Assembly (NCBI GenBank): GCA_963729045.1
Contig: CAVSMN010000019.1
Location: 1 to 47,502, forward strand
Direction: 5' to 3'
Length of the DNA stretch: 47,502 nucleotides
DNA from: an uncultured Nitrososphaeraceae archaeon
Lineage (GTDB): Archaea > Thermoproteota > Nitrososphaeria > Nitrososphaerales > Nitrososphaeraceae
Under the pieces are notes generated by a model. That model was not told where the DNA came from and ran no database searches. It saw only the letters and a list, made by a program, of their open reading frames with translations. Position numbers and translations under genes: made by a program. Positions 22,401-32,702 of the stretch are shown here, piece by piece (the first letter of the stretch is position 1; the number at the start of each line of letters is the position of its first letter).

Positions 22401-24152
22401 TAGGGACATACCGCATCCAAGATATTGATATACCCTTTTATGTCCCAGGAAAAGCGATCCTAGATTCGACTTCTAATGCAACTGATCTTCAACCTGGATT
22501 AAATAATCCGGTAAAATTGATAATTAGCAACAAGGGAACAGCAGACGCAACAGGTGTTGTTTTACAGATTTCCGAATCTGATGAAACTTTAATATCAGAT
22601 AGTTCACGTGAACGAGTAATTTCAAATGAAACGTCAATCAATACCCTAGATCAAGATTCATCCTCACTGCCTATTATCAATACCGGACAAAGCACATTTA
22701 GTATAGAAAATATTCCTGTTGATGGATCGGCTGAGATTTTAATTAATATAATGCCATCTATTAATGCCGGTGAAAGTCTTCAAAAAATAAATCTGCATAT
22801 AAACTACATTAATTCAGTTGGAGTGCCCAACTCAGTCGACAAAAGTATAGGTTTTAGGGTTCTACCTAACGCACCTGATGGGGGATTGAGTATATCTACT
22901 ACCAGATCAGGTAACCCTGCACCCCTTACCCCAAGTAATCCCAGTAATAATGGCAACCAATTGGAAGAAGATGGGTTGAGTGTCTCTCCCAGTATGACAC
23001 AGGACCTTGAAATGGGGAGGGGGTCAGGTGATACGGCATTCATGAATGCTTATCAATCAAAATCAGATTATGTTGATACAGAACTCAAAAAAACTACAGA
23101 CATTCCTGACTACCTAAAATTCATTTCCATAGAAAATTCTTCTAATTCTCCCCAGGATTTGTCACCAAATGATCCCAATTTGGATACACTTCCAAGCAAC
23201 CGACGAAGATACTGTATTCTTAACAGCAGGAAAAATTGATGATTTCAAATTTAATATCACCAATAATAACAATAATCCGATTCAAAATGCTGTGGTAACC
23301 CTCACTGCGAATACTGGAGCTTTAGAAATACTCGGAAATTCGAAATGGAGTCTCGACAAGGTAAACCCTAAAACCACTCTACAATTTCCAACCAAAGTAT
23401 TTGCTTCAAAAACTCTGATCAATAGTCCAATATCTTTTGAGGTAAGTGTAGAGTACGTCAGTAATGGTCAGCTTAAATCAGATTCTTTTTTCATAGGTGC
23501 AAATGTAGTGGGAGAGATAGAAGTAAGTATAAACGACCTTTCAATAGACAATATAGGTGGAACTTTAAATGTAGTAGGCAATCTCCTAAATAAGGGCAAT
23601 ACCGGCGGATTGTTTACGACGATTGAGATAGTAACAGACAAGCAAATAATTGATAGGGAAATCGAAAACCTATCAAAAACTGGACAGAATGTTAGTAACC
23701 TAAAAATAGTAACCCCAGCCTCTACCACACCAGAGTATTTGGGTGATCTAGAGGAAGACTCGCCACTACCGTTCAATATTCCTCTGTCCACTAGTAACAA
23801 GTCATCATCTGGCAACTACCTGGTACCACTCAAAGTTGAATATTATGATGATTTAAGAAATCAATATGTCATTTATGAAAGTGATATCGTAAATGTCGAT
23901 TTACCCCAGCAACCTGCTAATGAAAATCAGGGTGTCGGGTCGTTATTCTCTACATCTAATCCATTGGGCTTGGTTATCCTAGTCGTCCTCATAATAGTAA
24001 TTATAATAATTTTGAGATTTTTGCGTACAAGATCAAAAAAGAAAAAAATGGCTAAATCGAATCCAAACAAGAATAATTCAAATTTCATAGATCTACTTGA
24101 TAATGTAAAAAAAGACGATGAATTGCAGAAGAAAGAAGAAGAAAAAAGATAG
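19490..24152 (+). CDS. Large secreted, C-terminally anchored S-layer-like (COG1361-type) surface protein with internal duplication; +1 frameshift near 23195
   Basis: N-terminal signal peptide; two copies of F(V/I)D(S/T)YW...PxEGxSxLAV...GFSDISGVxGY; two copies of GNxLNxGN...EYxGDL; C-terminal TM plus basic tail in 23169..24152. Confidence 0.8.
19866..20028 (+). repeat. Coding tandem repeats: 27-bp unit (two copies) running into 13 perfect CAGAATGGT units (19907-20023) encoding (QNG)13
   Basis: Read directly from the sequence. Confidence 0.95.
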
Positions 24153-24361
24153 TCAAGAGAAAACTTGACATCTTGAGTCTCGAACAATGATGGTGTCATT
24201 GTCTCAGAACTCTCAGAAACATCACTTAAGCCTGACGGTTCAGCCATCCACCTTTTTTAACCAAAAAAGTAGATGAATTAATAGGCTTTTTATCGGGTTA
24301 TTTATTTTTCAGAATATCCTAATTCTACAAAACAGAAGGAAGAATCACTTATAGTCAATTT

Positions 24362-25066
24362 TTACAACAGAACGGAAGAAGCAAATAGCAGAATAAAAGT
24401 CAAAGTAATGGTACCAATACTCAATAATTTGAGGAGTATCTCATAATGGTAAGTGACCATAGACTTGCTGTTATTTCTTTTATTATATTTGTAGAGTCTA
24501 GAAATTCTAATCTCTATGTAACTTAGGATGAATGGAATTAATGAGAAAATTAGAGAGAAAGGAGTTATATTGTTTGTCTGAATTGCAAATCCCGCCAGAA
24601 ATGGTAACATCCCCCATGATAATGCAAACCAATAATTCTTGTGAAACATTCCCTTAAAAAGCTCAAAGTTATAGGCAAAAAGAAAAAAGCCTTCTATAAT
24701 TCCAATAAAAACTAAGATTGGAGCAAATAAGAGAGCATAATATAAACCCAGTCCGTAGGAAAAGCCCAAACAGGCCAGGATGATAATCCATGACTGCCTC
24801 TTTGTAAATAGATCTCCCCATGGCTTTATCTTTTTGGAGCCGATATTATCAGCCACATGGGCCCCTATTCCTAGGGCAATGAAATAAATTAAAACTAGAA
24901 TGGCGAGTCTCTCAAAGTCAGTTGAACCGGTTATCAAGCTGCCCCAAACGACGAAGGAAATGCACATGCCTGTATATGGAAGAAAAAGCATTCCACAAAA
25001 CAATCGAAATCTTTGAGGACCAAACTTGGGTACAAACCACTCATTCAGTCTAGAGTCTTCATTCAT
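24362..25066 (-). CDS. Multi-pass membrane protein, distantly UbiA prenyltransferase-like
   Basis: About 7 hydrophobic segments; LPYT, AHVADN..KPW, AYNFELFKG, WGMLPFLAG. Start overlaps the methyltransferase stop by 8 bp. Confidence 0.6.
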   Translation of the reverse strand: MNEDSRLNEWFVPKFGPQRFRLFCGMLFLPYTGMCISFVVWGSLITGSTDFERLAILVLIYFIALGIGAHVADNIGSKKIKPWGDLFTKRQSWIIILACLGFSYGLGLYYALLFAPILVFIGIIEGFFLFAYNFELFKGMFHKNYWFALSWGMLPFLAGFAIQTNNITPFSLIFSLIPFILSYIEIRISRLYKYNKRNNSKSMVTYHYEILLKLLSIGTITLTFILLFASSVLL

Positions 25067-25754
25067 CTTTGAACGCTGATATTATTGCAGATGTTTCAAA
25101 CGTTTGATATTCCTTGTGTATATGGCCAAAATCATGTGACTTGAGGACGGAATCTATTTCTGAATCCCAATGGTTGCTAATGATTAGTTTGTCTAGTCCG
25201 TTGAACACATTTGTCCATTTCTTATCAAGTTTCCAAAGAGTCTTGATAATTCTAAAATAAATTTTCCAAGCTAATTGATTAGCAGGTTTTTTTGGATAGG
25301 TAAAATCGTGAAGAATCAGTTGCCCCTTTTGTTTCAAAACTCGTCGGCATTCACTAACCAAGATATTTAAGTTAACATATTTGGGCAAATAAGACGCTAC
25401 AATACAATCAAAACATCTATTTTGAAACGGCAAAAATTCAGCTGTACCGTTTATGGAATCGATCTCAATCTTTTTCTCCTCTAGTGCAATAAGATATTCA
25501 AACGTCAAATCAATCCCATATACTAAGTTGTTATTCTGTTTTAATAAAGAGGTTAGAATTCCAGTACCACAAGCCATTTCCAAAACCAGTGACCCGTTGG
25601 GTACACTCTTCACTATTTTCTTTTTCCAATTCAAGTCCTGTCCCAATGTTGCAAGTTTCACCAGCCTATCATAGCTACCAGAGTTATTCTTGTTGAAAAA
25701 GCTCTGAGCTAATCTAACTCCCATGGCCATATCCATGTCATGAATATCATGCAA
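25059..25754 (-). CDS. Class I SAM-dependent methyltransferase, UbiE/MenG-like
   Basis: YDRLV...LGQD..WKK, VLEMACGTG, AEFLPF....FD, E..RVLK..G.L...DF. Confidence 0.8.
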   Translation of the reverse strand: MHDIHDMDMAMGVRLAQSFFNKNNSGSYDRLVKLATLGQDLNWKKKIVKSVPNGSLVLEMACGTGILTSLLKQNNNLVYGIDLTFEYLIALEEKKIEIDSINGTAEFLPFQNRCFDCIVASYLPKYVNLNILVSECRRVLKQKGQLILHDFTYPKKPANQLAWKIYFRIIKTLWKLDKKWTNVFNGLDKLIISNHWDSEIDSVLKSHDFGHIHKEYQTFETSAIISAFKDE

Positions 25755-25834
25755 ATCTAATATTATTGGTGGTTAATTTTCATTTAAATGCAATTAGTAA
25801 AAGGATTAAATTATTTTGAATTATTTATCATGAC

Positions 25835-25993
25835 ATGACTCAAATTACCAATGTATTATATATCGTCATAATTACTATCGCTATGTGTGTGGGTGCTACT
25901 CTGCTAACCATTTTGGTGGACCATTCTTTTGATGTACCGGCTATAGTTGACCAGATTCCACATCTCGTAATTAATCAAATTCTTCAAATGTAA
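25835..25993 (+). CDS. Small single-TM or signal-peptide protein (52 aa; below ORF-track cutoff)
   Basis: My translation: MTQITNVLYIVIITIAMCVGATLLTILVDHSFDVPAIVDQIPHLVINQILQM*. Ends 18 bp before the HD gene. Confidence 0.5.
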   Translation: MTQITNVLYIVIITIAMCVGATLLTILVDHSFDVPAIVDQIPHLVINQILQM

Positions 25994-26011
25994 TGACAAA
26001 TTAGAAATCTC

Positions 26012-26647
26012 ATGGTGAGGGCGAGCAAATCAAAGCAAGAAAATATATCAGATATTACAGAACACTTTTACAAATTAAAAGAATTACCCAGAGCTGGATG
26101 GAAACAGAAGCTCGAGATTGAAAATGTAGAATCTGTTGCATCCCATACCCTTTTAATGATAGTTTTGGTCTTTTTTTTCTCAGAGAAATACGGATATTCT
26201 TGTAGAAAAAAAGTCAGACTTATAGAATTGGCTTTAATCCATGATCTGGCCGAATCGATTACCGGAGACATTACTCCCGAAACTATGACTAAAAATAGGA
26301 AAAGAAAACTAGAAGACGAAGCATTTGGTAAGATAACAGATAAGATATCCGCCAAAAGTTTGAAGAAAAAATATTTAGAATTATGGCATGACTATCAGAC
26401 AAAAAAGTCTTTCGAATCAAAGTGTGTCCACCTCCTTGATAAACTTGAAATGGTGTTACAAGCAAATTATTATCTAAATAACAGAAAAGGGATTAGAAAA
26501 GAAAATGTTAGACCCTTTTTCCAGTCAGGCTCGTCATATGCCTCTCACGTACCAAACTCACAATTACCCAAAACCCCCAAAAAAAATTTGCGAGATATAA
26601 AGGAATTAGAAGATATAAAAGAAATATTAGAGTACTTTAGTAATTAA
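26012..26647 (+). CDS. HD-domain hydrolase, 5'-deoxynucleotidase (YfbR/HDDC2)-like
   Basis: LKELPRAGW, ESVASH, IHDLAESITGDITP, DKLEM. Confidence 0.85.
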   Translation: MVRASKSKQENISDITEHFYKLKELPRAGWKQKLEIENVESVASHTLLMIVLVFFFSEKYGYSCRKKVRLIELALIHDLAESITGDITPETMTKNRKRKLEDEAFGKITDKISAKSLKKKYLELWHDYQTKKSFESKCVHLLDKLEMVLQANYYLNNRKGIRKENVRPFFQSGSSYASHVPNSQLPKTPKKNLRDIKELEDIKEILEYFSN

Positions 26648-26650
26648 ATT

Positions 26651-26983
26651 ATGCAATATTTCGTTGCCTTAAAAATCGGTGAAAAGAGGGTAAAAAATGC
26701 ACAGGAATTATTATCAAACTTCTTATCCGATGGCACTCCTGCATTACCAGCACTTGCGTTGAAGGATAACAATAGTAACAATTGGGAACCAGTAGGAGAG
26801 GAGAACTATTTTGCCATAGTTCAGGAGGAACAAGGATATTTGATCGCGATTTGTGATAAGAATGGTATCGCTAAGGCAATAGCTAACTGGTTTTCACTTC
26901 AATCAAAAGACGCTATAAAAAACAAAATAGTAGAAACGGGAAACATTCAGGAATATTTTGGGAAAGTATCGTTACCAGTGTAA
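26651..26983 (+). CDS. Hypothetical protein, distant paralogue of 40830..41150
   Basis: Clean ORF 3 bp after the HD gene; shares IG..R...AQ, PVGE and D..G.AKA with the 40.8-kb ORF. Confidence 0.75.
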   Translation: MQYFVALKIGEKRVKNAQELLSNFLSDGTPALPALALKDNNSNNWEPVGEENYFAIVQEEQGYLIAICDKNGIAKAIANWFSLQSKDAIKNKIVETGNIQEYFGKVSLPV

Positions 26984-27036
26984 AATATATCCTTTTTAAG
27001 GAAAGGAATTTTAAAAAGCATAAATAATTAATACAG

Positions 27037-28275
27037 ATGGGTAAATTCGAAAAGGAGATAGAAGTAAGGGGTCATTTGGTTGACTCCTCAATACTTACCC
27101 GTATTTTTGACAAGATTATGGATCTAAAAGGCGATTTCACAGTATTGGATTTTCAAATAGGAAAGAGAAAAGAAGATCATAGCTATGCACGATTGGTGAT
27201 TAGAGGCGATAGCGAAAATCATTTGACAAAAATATTAGAATACTTGTTTCGTGAGGGTGCTACTAGTGTTTCAGTTGATGAGGTAAAATGTATTCCCTCA
27301 CCTAGAGATATGGTCCTACCTGATGACTTTTATAGCACCACGAATAACCCAACCCAACTATTTTACCATAAAGAATGGATAAAGGTTGAAAACATGATGA
27401 TGGACAAGTGCATCGTCTTAAATCCCGACACTAAAAAGGCAGAATGCAAAACCAACCGGGATGTAAGAAAAAGTGACCTGGTGGTGACTGGTGAAAGGGG
27501 AATTAGAATTATACCCCAAGAGAGACCAAGAGAAGGAGTTGACATATTTCAGTTTATGAGTAGCTCAAGTTCCAGCGAGCGACCTACTCAGCAAATTGCA
27601 AAAAAGGTTGCCCTTGACTTGTATCGTACAAAGAAAGACCATGGGAAGATAGTTGTCGTAGCGGGACCCGTGGTAGTTCATTCCGGAGCATCAGACTTAT
27701 TGGCAAGACTCATAAGATTAGGGTTTGTAGATGGAATTTTAGCTGGTAACGCCTTAGCAGTCCATGATATTGAAAATGCATTACTTGGAACGTCGTTAGG
27801 AATGCATGTAGATGACGGGACACTTGCTGTGCGCGGACATCGCAATCATATGTCCATCGTAAATGAAGTGTTTAAAGCAGGATCTATAAAATCAATGGTA
27901 GAAAACAAAATCCTAAAAAACGGCATTATGTATGAATGTATCCGTAACGATATCCCATTTGTTTTGTGCGGTTCAATAAGAGATGATGGCCCCATACCAG
28001 ATGTCATTACGGACATTGTTGAGGCTCAAAAAGAGTATAAATTATTGTTGAGGGGGGCTAATTTGGTAATCATGTTGTCAACTATGCTCCATTCAATCGC
28101 AGTTGGGAATATGTTGCCTGCCTCTGTAAAAGTTATAGCAGTAGATATTAACCAATCGGTGGTTACTAAATTATTAGATAGAGGAACAACTCAAGCGATA
28201 GGTGTAGTTACAGATATAGGGTCCTTTTTACCGATTGTAATGAGAAATTTAGAGGAGCTGGGAAGCATCAAATAA
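27037..28275 (+). CDS. TIGR00300 (LOR/SDH, AgrE/ArgZ C-terminal-like) ornithine cyclodeaminase family protein
   Basis: GHLVDS, DDFYSTTN, FMSSSSSSERP, AGNALAVHDIE, GHRNH, GSIRDDGP, MLHSIAVGNMLP, KLLDRG. Confidence 0.85.
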   Translation: MGKFEKEIEVRGHLVDSSILTRIFDKIMDLKGDFTVLDFQIGKRKEDHSYARLVIRGDSENHLTKILEYLFREGATSVSVDEVKCIPSPRDMVLPDDFYSTTNNPTQLFYHKEWIKVENMMMDKCIVLNPDTKKAECKTNRDVRKSDLVVTGERGIRIIPQERPREGVDIFQFMSSSSSSERPTQQIAKKVALDLYRTKKDHGKIVVVAGPVVVHSGASDLLARLIRLGFVDGILAGNALAVHDIENALLGTSLGMHVDDGTLAVRGHRNHMSIVNEVFKAGSIKSMVENKILKNGIMYECIRNDIPFVLCGSIRDDGPIPDVITDIVEAQKEYKLLLRGANLVIMLSTMLHSIAVGNMLPASVKVIAVDINQSVVTKLLDRGTTQAIGVVTDIGSFLPIVMRNLEELGSIK

Positions 28276-28832
28276 TACACATCATGGGATGAAAATATTT
28301 CAACTCCTTTTTAATAGACTCTTTTGGAATTTGTTTAAGCAAGAAAGTATGATTTGGTTAGAATTATTGAATGGATAAAAACGCAATCAAAGAGATATCT
28401 ACCATTTCGAGTCAATTCAAGGAATTTCCAATTCCAATATGCTTACAATATTGAATCAAAGCACTGCCTTTCGAATTTATAAAAGGAGAACAAAATTTTC
28501 AAAACTAACCAAGAAATCCTAAAAGGGAAAATCTATTTTTAATCTTGAATAATGATGATCTAGCAAAAGGGGTGTAACAAATGCATAGTTTAGGTACTTT
28601 ATCTTTGCAAATCTAAAGAAAGTCAATAATACCTAATTTAAGTTGTAATCCAATAATTTTCCCATAGAAATTATATCAAAATGTATAATCACCTCGGGCT
28701 AATTCACTTGGCTTGGTACCATTATGTCACACATCTAATTTTACAAACCTGCTATCACAAGTGTACCAAAATTAATGTTAGGCTTCTCAATCTACCGTCT
28801 GGTTAAAGTTAAAATTGTCAATTCCAATTGAA

Positions 28833-29066
28833 TTAGTACTCGTCATTTTTCATGACTTCGTTATCTATGAATTTGATTAATTTCTTATCAAATATCTTTG
28901 TGGTCTGGTTACAAATAACGCATCTAAAATAGACTTGAGATCTTCTTACCCTAGGTCTTGTCTTAGATTCCAGATGTTTCACTATCCAATCCTTTGGGGA
29001 CCTAGTCTTGCAACCAGGACAAACAATAAATGTAGATACCTCATCTAAATCGTTTGAAATGGACAT
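28833..29066 (-). CDS. Small zinc-ribbon-like protein
   Basis: CPGC ... FRCVIC pairs in a 77-aa ORF. Confidence 0.6.
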   Translation of the reverse strand: MSISNDLDEVSTFIVCPGCKTRSPKDWIVKHLESKTRPRVRRSQVYFRCVICNQTTKIFDKKLIKFIDNEVMKNDEY

Positions 29067-29378
29067 GTATTACCTAATCTAATGTTATCCCAGGTATTTA
29101 TTTATGATTTATTTCGCACAGGAAAAACTTGGTATCTATTTAAATGGTTTTGATTGGGCCCACAGAAATGATGGTTTAATCAATATGCTACGTCCCATCC
29201 CATTCAAAGTCTCATGCTTAAGCAGCCAATCATTATGCATCTCCCTTAGTACTTGAAGGTTTTAACCATAATATAACTAACCTCCATATGGGATTGGAGA
29301 AAGAAAGCCTTCAATCTAATCAAAATTAGTCTCATTTCTCATTTATCACAATACTAACTTGATGTCATGAAATTCAAA

Positions 29379-30917
29379 TCAATCTTTTTCTAGACCATCC
29401 TTTATCAATTTCAAAGCAATTTGGGGATTAACTCTCCCCCTTGTCTCTTTCATAACTAGCCCCAAAACATAATTTTTGACGTTTGAATTATTTTTTGATT
29501 GTTCAATCAATTGTGGCTGAGAATTTAATATGCCTTGAATAATCTTGATGATTGAATCCTCATCAGAAATTTTTTCGATTTGCAAAGTCTCTATTATCTT
29601 CAATGGACTTATCCCTGTTTCGATGCTCTTATCAAATATTTCTCTTGCTATAGTCCTGTTCAATGATTTTTCCTCAACTAATTTTGCCATTTCGGCTACC
29701 TGACTTGGTGATACAGAAAGAATGTCTAGACCCCTTGTGTTTTGATTAGTTAAACCCTGTCTATCTTTCTCATTTATTTTTGTAAGCAGCTCATTTACTA
29801 TCCAATTTGATATTTCAATTGGAGATTTTTGGTATCTTAGCGATTCTTCAAAAAAATCACTTATTCTTTTATCATTAACTAAAATCTTGGCGGTGTGCTC
29901 GGTAATCTTGTAAACTTCCATATACCTATTCAACCTCTCAATTGGTATTTCAGGCATACTGGTTCTCATTCTGGAAACGAATTTGCTCCCTAAAATAATT
30001 CTAGGGATATCAGGCTCTGGAAAATACCGGTATTCCTCCTCTTCTTCTTTAGATCTTGCACCGACGGTCACCTTTCTTTTTTCATCCCAATGTCGAGTTT
30101 CTGCTTTGACATCAATTTCATGCATGATCAAAGTTTTTTGTCTAGTGATTTCATAATAGATTGATTTCTCAACCTCTTTAAATGAACTTATATTCTTAAT
30201 TTCAACCTTCTTTCCACCTCCGACAGAAACATTAACATCGCATCTAACTGAACCTTCCAAACTTGGATCGGTTACTCCTAGATATTCAAATAGGTTGACT
30301 ATTTCATTTAAGAAGGTCCTAACGGCGACTGGACTAGTAAAGTCAGGCTCTGTTACGATTTCAACTAACGATACACCAGCCCGATTATAATCGATAAGGG
30401 AGTAATTATTCGCAGCGGATTTATCTTCTTCATAGGTTATTTTTCCTGGATCTTCCTCTAATTGAACTCGGGTAATTCTTATTTTACTCCTCTCTTCACT
30501 CATGCTAGACTGGTCAGTTTTGGATTTTGAATCTCCCACAAATTCAATTGATCCCTCATAGCCAATACTGCTTAATTCATAGGAATTATACTGAGTCGTC
30601 TGATAATTTTTGGGCAAGTCAGGGTAAAAATAATTTTTTCTATAGAACGAAATCTCTGCAGGAATGTTACAATTAAAAGCCATACAAATCATTGATGCAA
30701 ATTCGACTGCTCTTTTGTTGAGCAGGGGCAGAGTGCCTGGCAATCCCAAGCAGATAGGACAGGTATTTTCATTCGGAGGAGAATTTCGGTAATTTGAGAG
30801 ACAATCGCAAAAAAGCTTTGTGTGAAGATTAGTTAGTTGACAGTGGATTTCTAGCCCAATTTTCAATTCTGGGTCTATTTTCTTGCTATTGTTCATACTC
30901 ATACCTTTGGAATCCAT
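29379..30917 (-). CDS. gatB: Asp-tRNA(Asn)/Glu-tRNA(Gln) amidotransferase subunit B
   Basis: IGLEIHCQL, RKNYFYPDLPKNYQ, DYNRAG..LVEIVTEPD, YRYFPEPD. Confidence 0.96.
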   Translation of the reverse strand: MDSKGMSMNNSKKIDPELKIGLEIHCQLTNLHTKLFCDCLSNYRNSPPNENTCPICLGLPGTLPLLNKRAVEFASMICMAFNCNIPAEISFYRKNYFYPDLPKNYQTTQYNSYELSSIGYEGSIEFVGDSKSKTDQSSMSEERSKIRITRVQLEEDPGKITYEEDKSAANNYSLIDYNRAGVSLVEIVTEPDFTSPVAVRTFLNEIVNLFEYLGVTDPSLEGSVRCDVNVSVGGGKKVEIKNISSFKEVEKSIYYEITRQKTLIMHEIDVKAETRHWDEKRKVTVGARSKEEEEEYRYFPEPDIPRIILGSKFVSRMRTSMPEIPIERLNRYMEVYKITEHTAKILVNDKRISDFFEESLRYQKSPIEISNWIVNELLTKINEKDRQGLTNQNTRGLDILSVSPSQVAEMAKLVEEKSLNRTIAREIFDKSIETGISPLKIIETLQIEKISDEDSIIKIIQGILNSQPQLIEQSKNNSNVKNYVLGLVMKETRGRVNPQIALKLIKDGLEKD

Positions 30918-32362
30918 GTCTCAAAACCTTCAACATTTTCAAGCAAAACAGCCACATCTATCAATTTTTGCTCGTCAAAAGCATTCGCCATCAATTGTAC
31001 CCCGATTGGAAACCCCTTTTCAGATAAACCACCTGGAATTGATATTGCTGGTATACCTGCCAGATTAGCTAATATTGTATAAACGTCCAAATTATAGTGC
31101 TCAGTCGCTTGCAAAGTTTTTTCCCCTAATTTAAAAGGCATGACAGGCATAGTTGGTAAAATCAAAATGTCATATTTATTAAAAAGAATATCGAACTCTC
31201 TTTTTATCATTGATCTTAACTTTTGGGCCTTGGCATAATATTTACCAAAATAGCCTGCCGATAATACATATGAACCTAGAAGAATTCGGAGTTTTACTTC
31301 ATCACCAAACTTAGACCTAGATTCAGAAAAATAACTGTTCCACTCATAACCTTCTGGACTACCTTCATAACCATACCGTAAATTATCAAATCTTGATAAA
31401 TTACTGCTTGCTTCCGCTGTAGCTATGATATAATATGAAGATAGAGCATAATTTGATAAAGGTATTCTGGTATCTTCTGCTTCAAGACCATAGTCTTCAA
31501 GTTGTTTCACTTTATTCCTTGTAATTTTAGCTATTTCAGTCTCTGAATCATCAATTAATTCATTAAGTACACCAATTTTATACTTTTTTTTCAGAATATT
31601 GTCAACACTATTAGTTTGATACTCATATTTTTTATGGACTGTGGTATTGTCTTTTGGGTCCGCTCCTGAAATAATATTGAGGAGCGGAACCAGATCATAA
31701 ATAGTTCTGGCAATTGGTCCAATTTGCTCCAATGAATTAGAATAAGAAATTAATCCATTTCTACTTACACTTCCGTAAGTGGGTTTAATTCCAACGACTG
31801 AACAAAAACTGGACGGGCATCTGATGGATCCACCTGTATCTGAACCAAGAGATAATGGTATTTGTAAAGATGCAACAGAAGCCGCACTTCCTCCTGAGGA
31901 ACCACCAGCGACATATTCGAGGTTCCAAGGATTTCTAACTGGGCCAAATGAAGAATACTCTGAAGTAGTCCCCATACCAAACTCATCCATATTCAATTTG
32001 CCGATAACAATACCACCCTGTTCTTCGATCTTGCCTACCACTGTCGCGTTATATGGAGAGACGTATTCAGATAGCATACGAGAAGCACATGTATTTTTTA
32101 GACCTTGTACGCTAATATTGTCTTTAATTCCAACTGGAATACCAGCCAACAAGCCGGTCTTAATTCCTTCTTTGATCTTCTTATCAATCGCCCTAGACTT
32201 TGTCAAGGCATTTTCAAAATTATGGCTAATAAAGGAGTTTATTTCAAGGTCTACATGCTTTATCCTTTCAATAATTGTCGAAATGTACTCCTCAGCAGTT
32301 ATTTCTTGTTCTTTAATCTTTCGTGAAACTACGAAAGCAGGCAGTTCATAAAGAGTCTTCAA
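30899..32362 (-). CDS. gatA: Amidotransferase subunit A
   Basis: Amidase signature KDNI, GKLNMDEFGMG, GGSSGGSA, GSDTGGSIR; also RFDNLRYG. Confidence 0.96.
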   Translation of the reverse strand: MKTLYELPAFVVSRKIKEQEITAEEYISTIIERIKHVDLEINSFISHNFENALTKSRAIDKKIKEGIKTGLLAGIPVGIKDNISVQGLKNTCASRMLSEYVSPYNATVVGKIEEQGGIVIGKLNMDEFGMGTTSEYSSFGPVRNPWNLEYVAGGSSGGSAASVASLQIPLSLGSDTGGSIRCPSSFCSVVGIKPTYGSVSRNGLISYSNSLEQIGPIARTIYDLVPLLNIISGADPKDNTTVHKKYEYQTNSVDNILKKKYKIGVLNELIDDSETEIAKITRNKVKQLEDYGLEAEDTRIPLSNYALSSYYIIATAEASSNLSRFDNLRYGYEGSPEGYEWNSYFSESRSKFGDEVKLRILLGSYVLSAGYFGKYYAKAQKLRSMIKREFDILFNKYDILILPTMPVMPFKLGEKTLQATEHYNLDVYTILANLAGIPAISIPGGLSEKGFPIGVQLMANAFDEQKLIDVAVLLENVEGFETWIPKV

Positions 32363-32364
32363 GA

Positions 32365-32664
32365 TCAGATCCTTGGTCCGACGATAAAACCATCTTTGAT
32401 ATTTTTTAATTTAAATTTAGGTTGAGGTCCTTCCGACGATTCTAAAGCTGGTCTAGGATTATCATCTCGCAAGTTTTCAAAGGCCATTTCAAATTTTAGA
32501 TCATCGATGATAGGAACTTCAGAACCCTCAGTAGTGAATTCATCTAATTTGTCAAACATTAATAGTACTTCCTCCACTTTCCTAGAGATTTGTGTCATAT
32601 TTTGCTCAGGTATCTCTAATTTAGTTAGATCACATAATTTCTTAATGTCAATACCCTTTGCCAT
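32365..32664 (-). CDS. gatC: Amidotransferase subunit C
   Basis: 99-aa ORF between aspS and gatA; LRDD and C-terminal DGFIVGPRI typical of GatC. Confidence 0.8.
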   Translation of the reverse strand: MAKGIDIKKLCDLTKLEIPEQNMTQISRKVEEVLLMFDKLDEFTTEGSEVPIIDDLKFEMAFENLRDDNPRPALESSEGPQPKFKLKNIKDGFIVGPRI

Positions 32665-32702
32665 GGTTAGCTATGGGGATCTAACGTTATTTTATATTTA
32701 TC

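Noticed and set aside
23927..24247. 106-aa minus-strand ORF
   Set aside because: Mostly antisense to the 3' end of the surface-protein gene; Ser/Phe-rich shadow composition.
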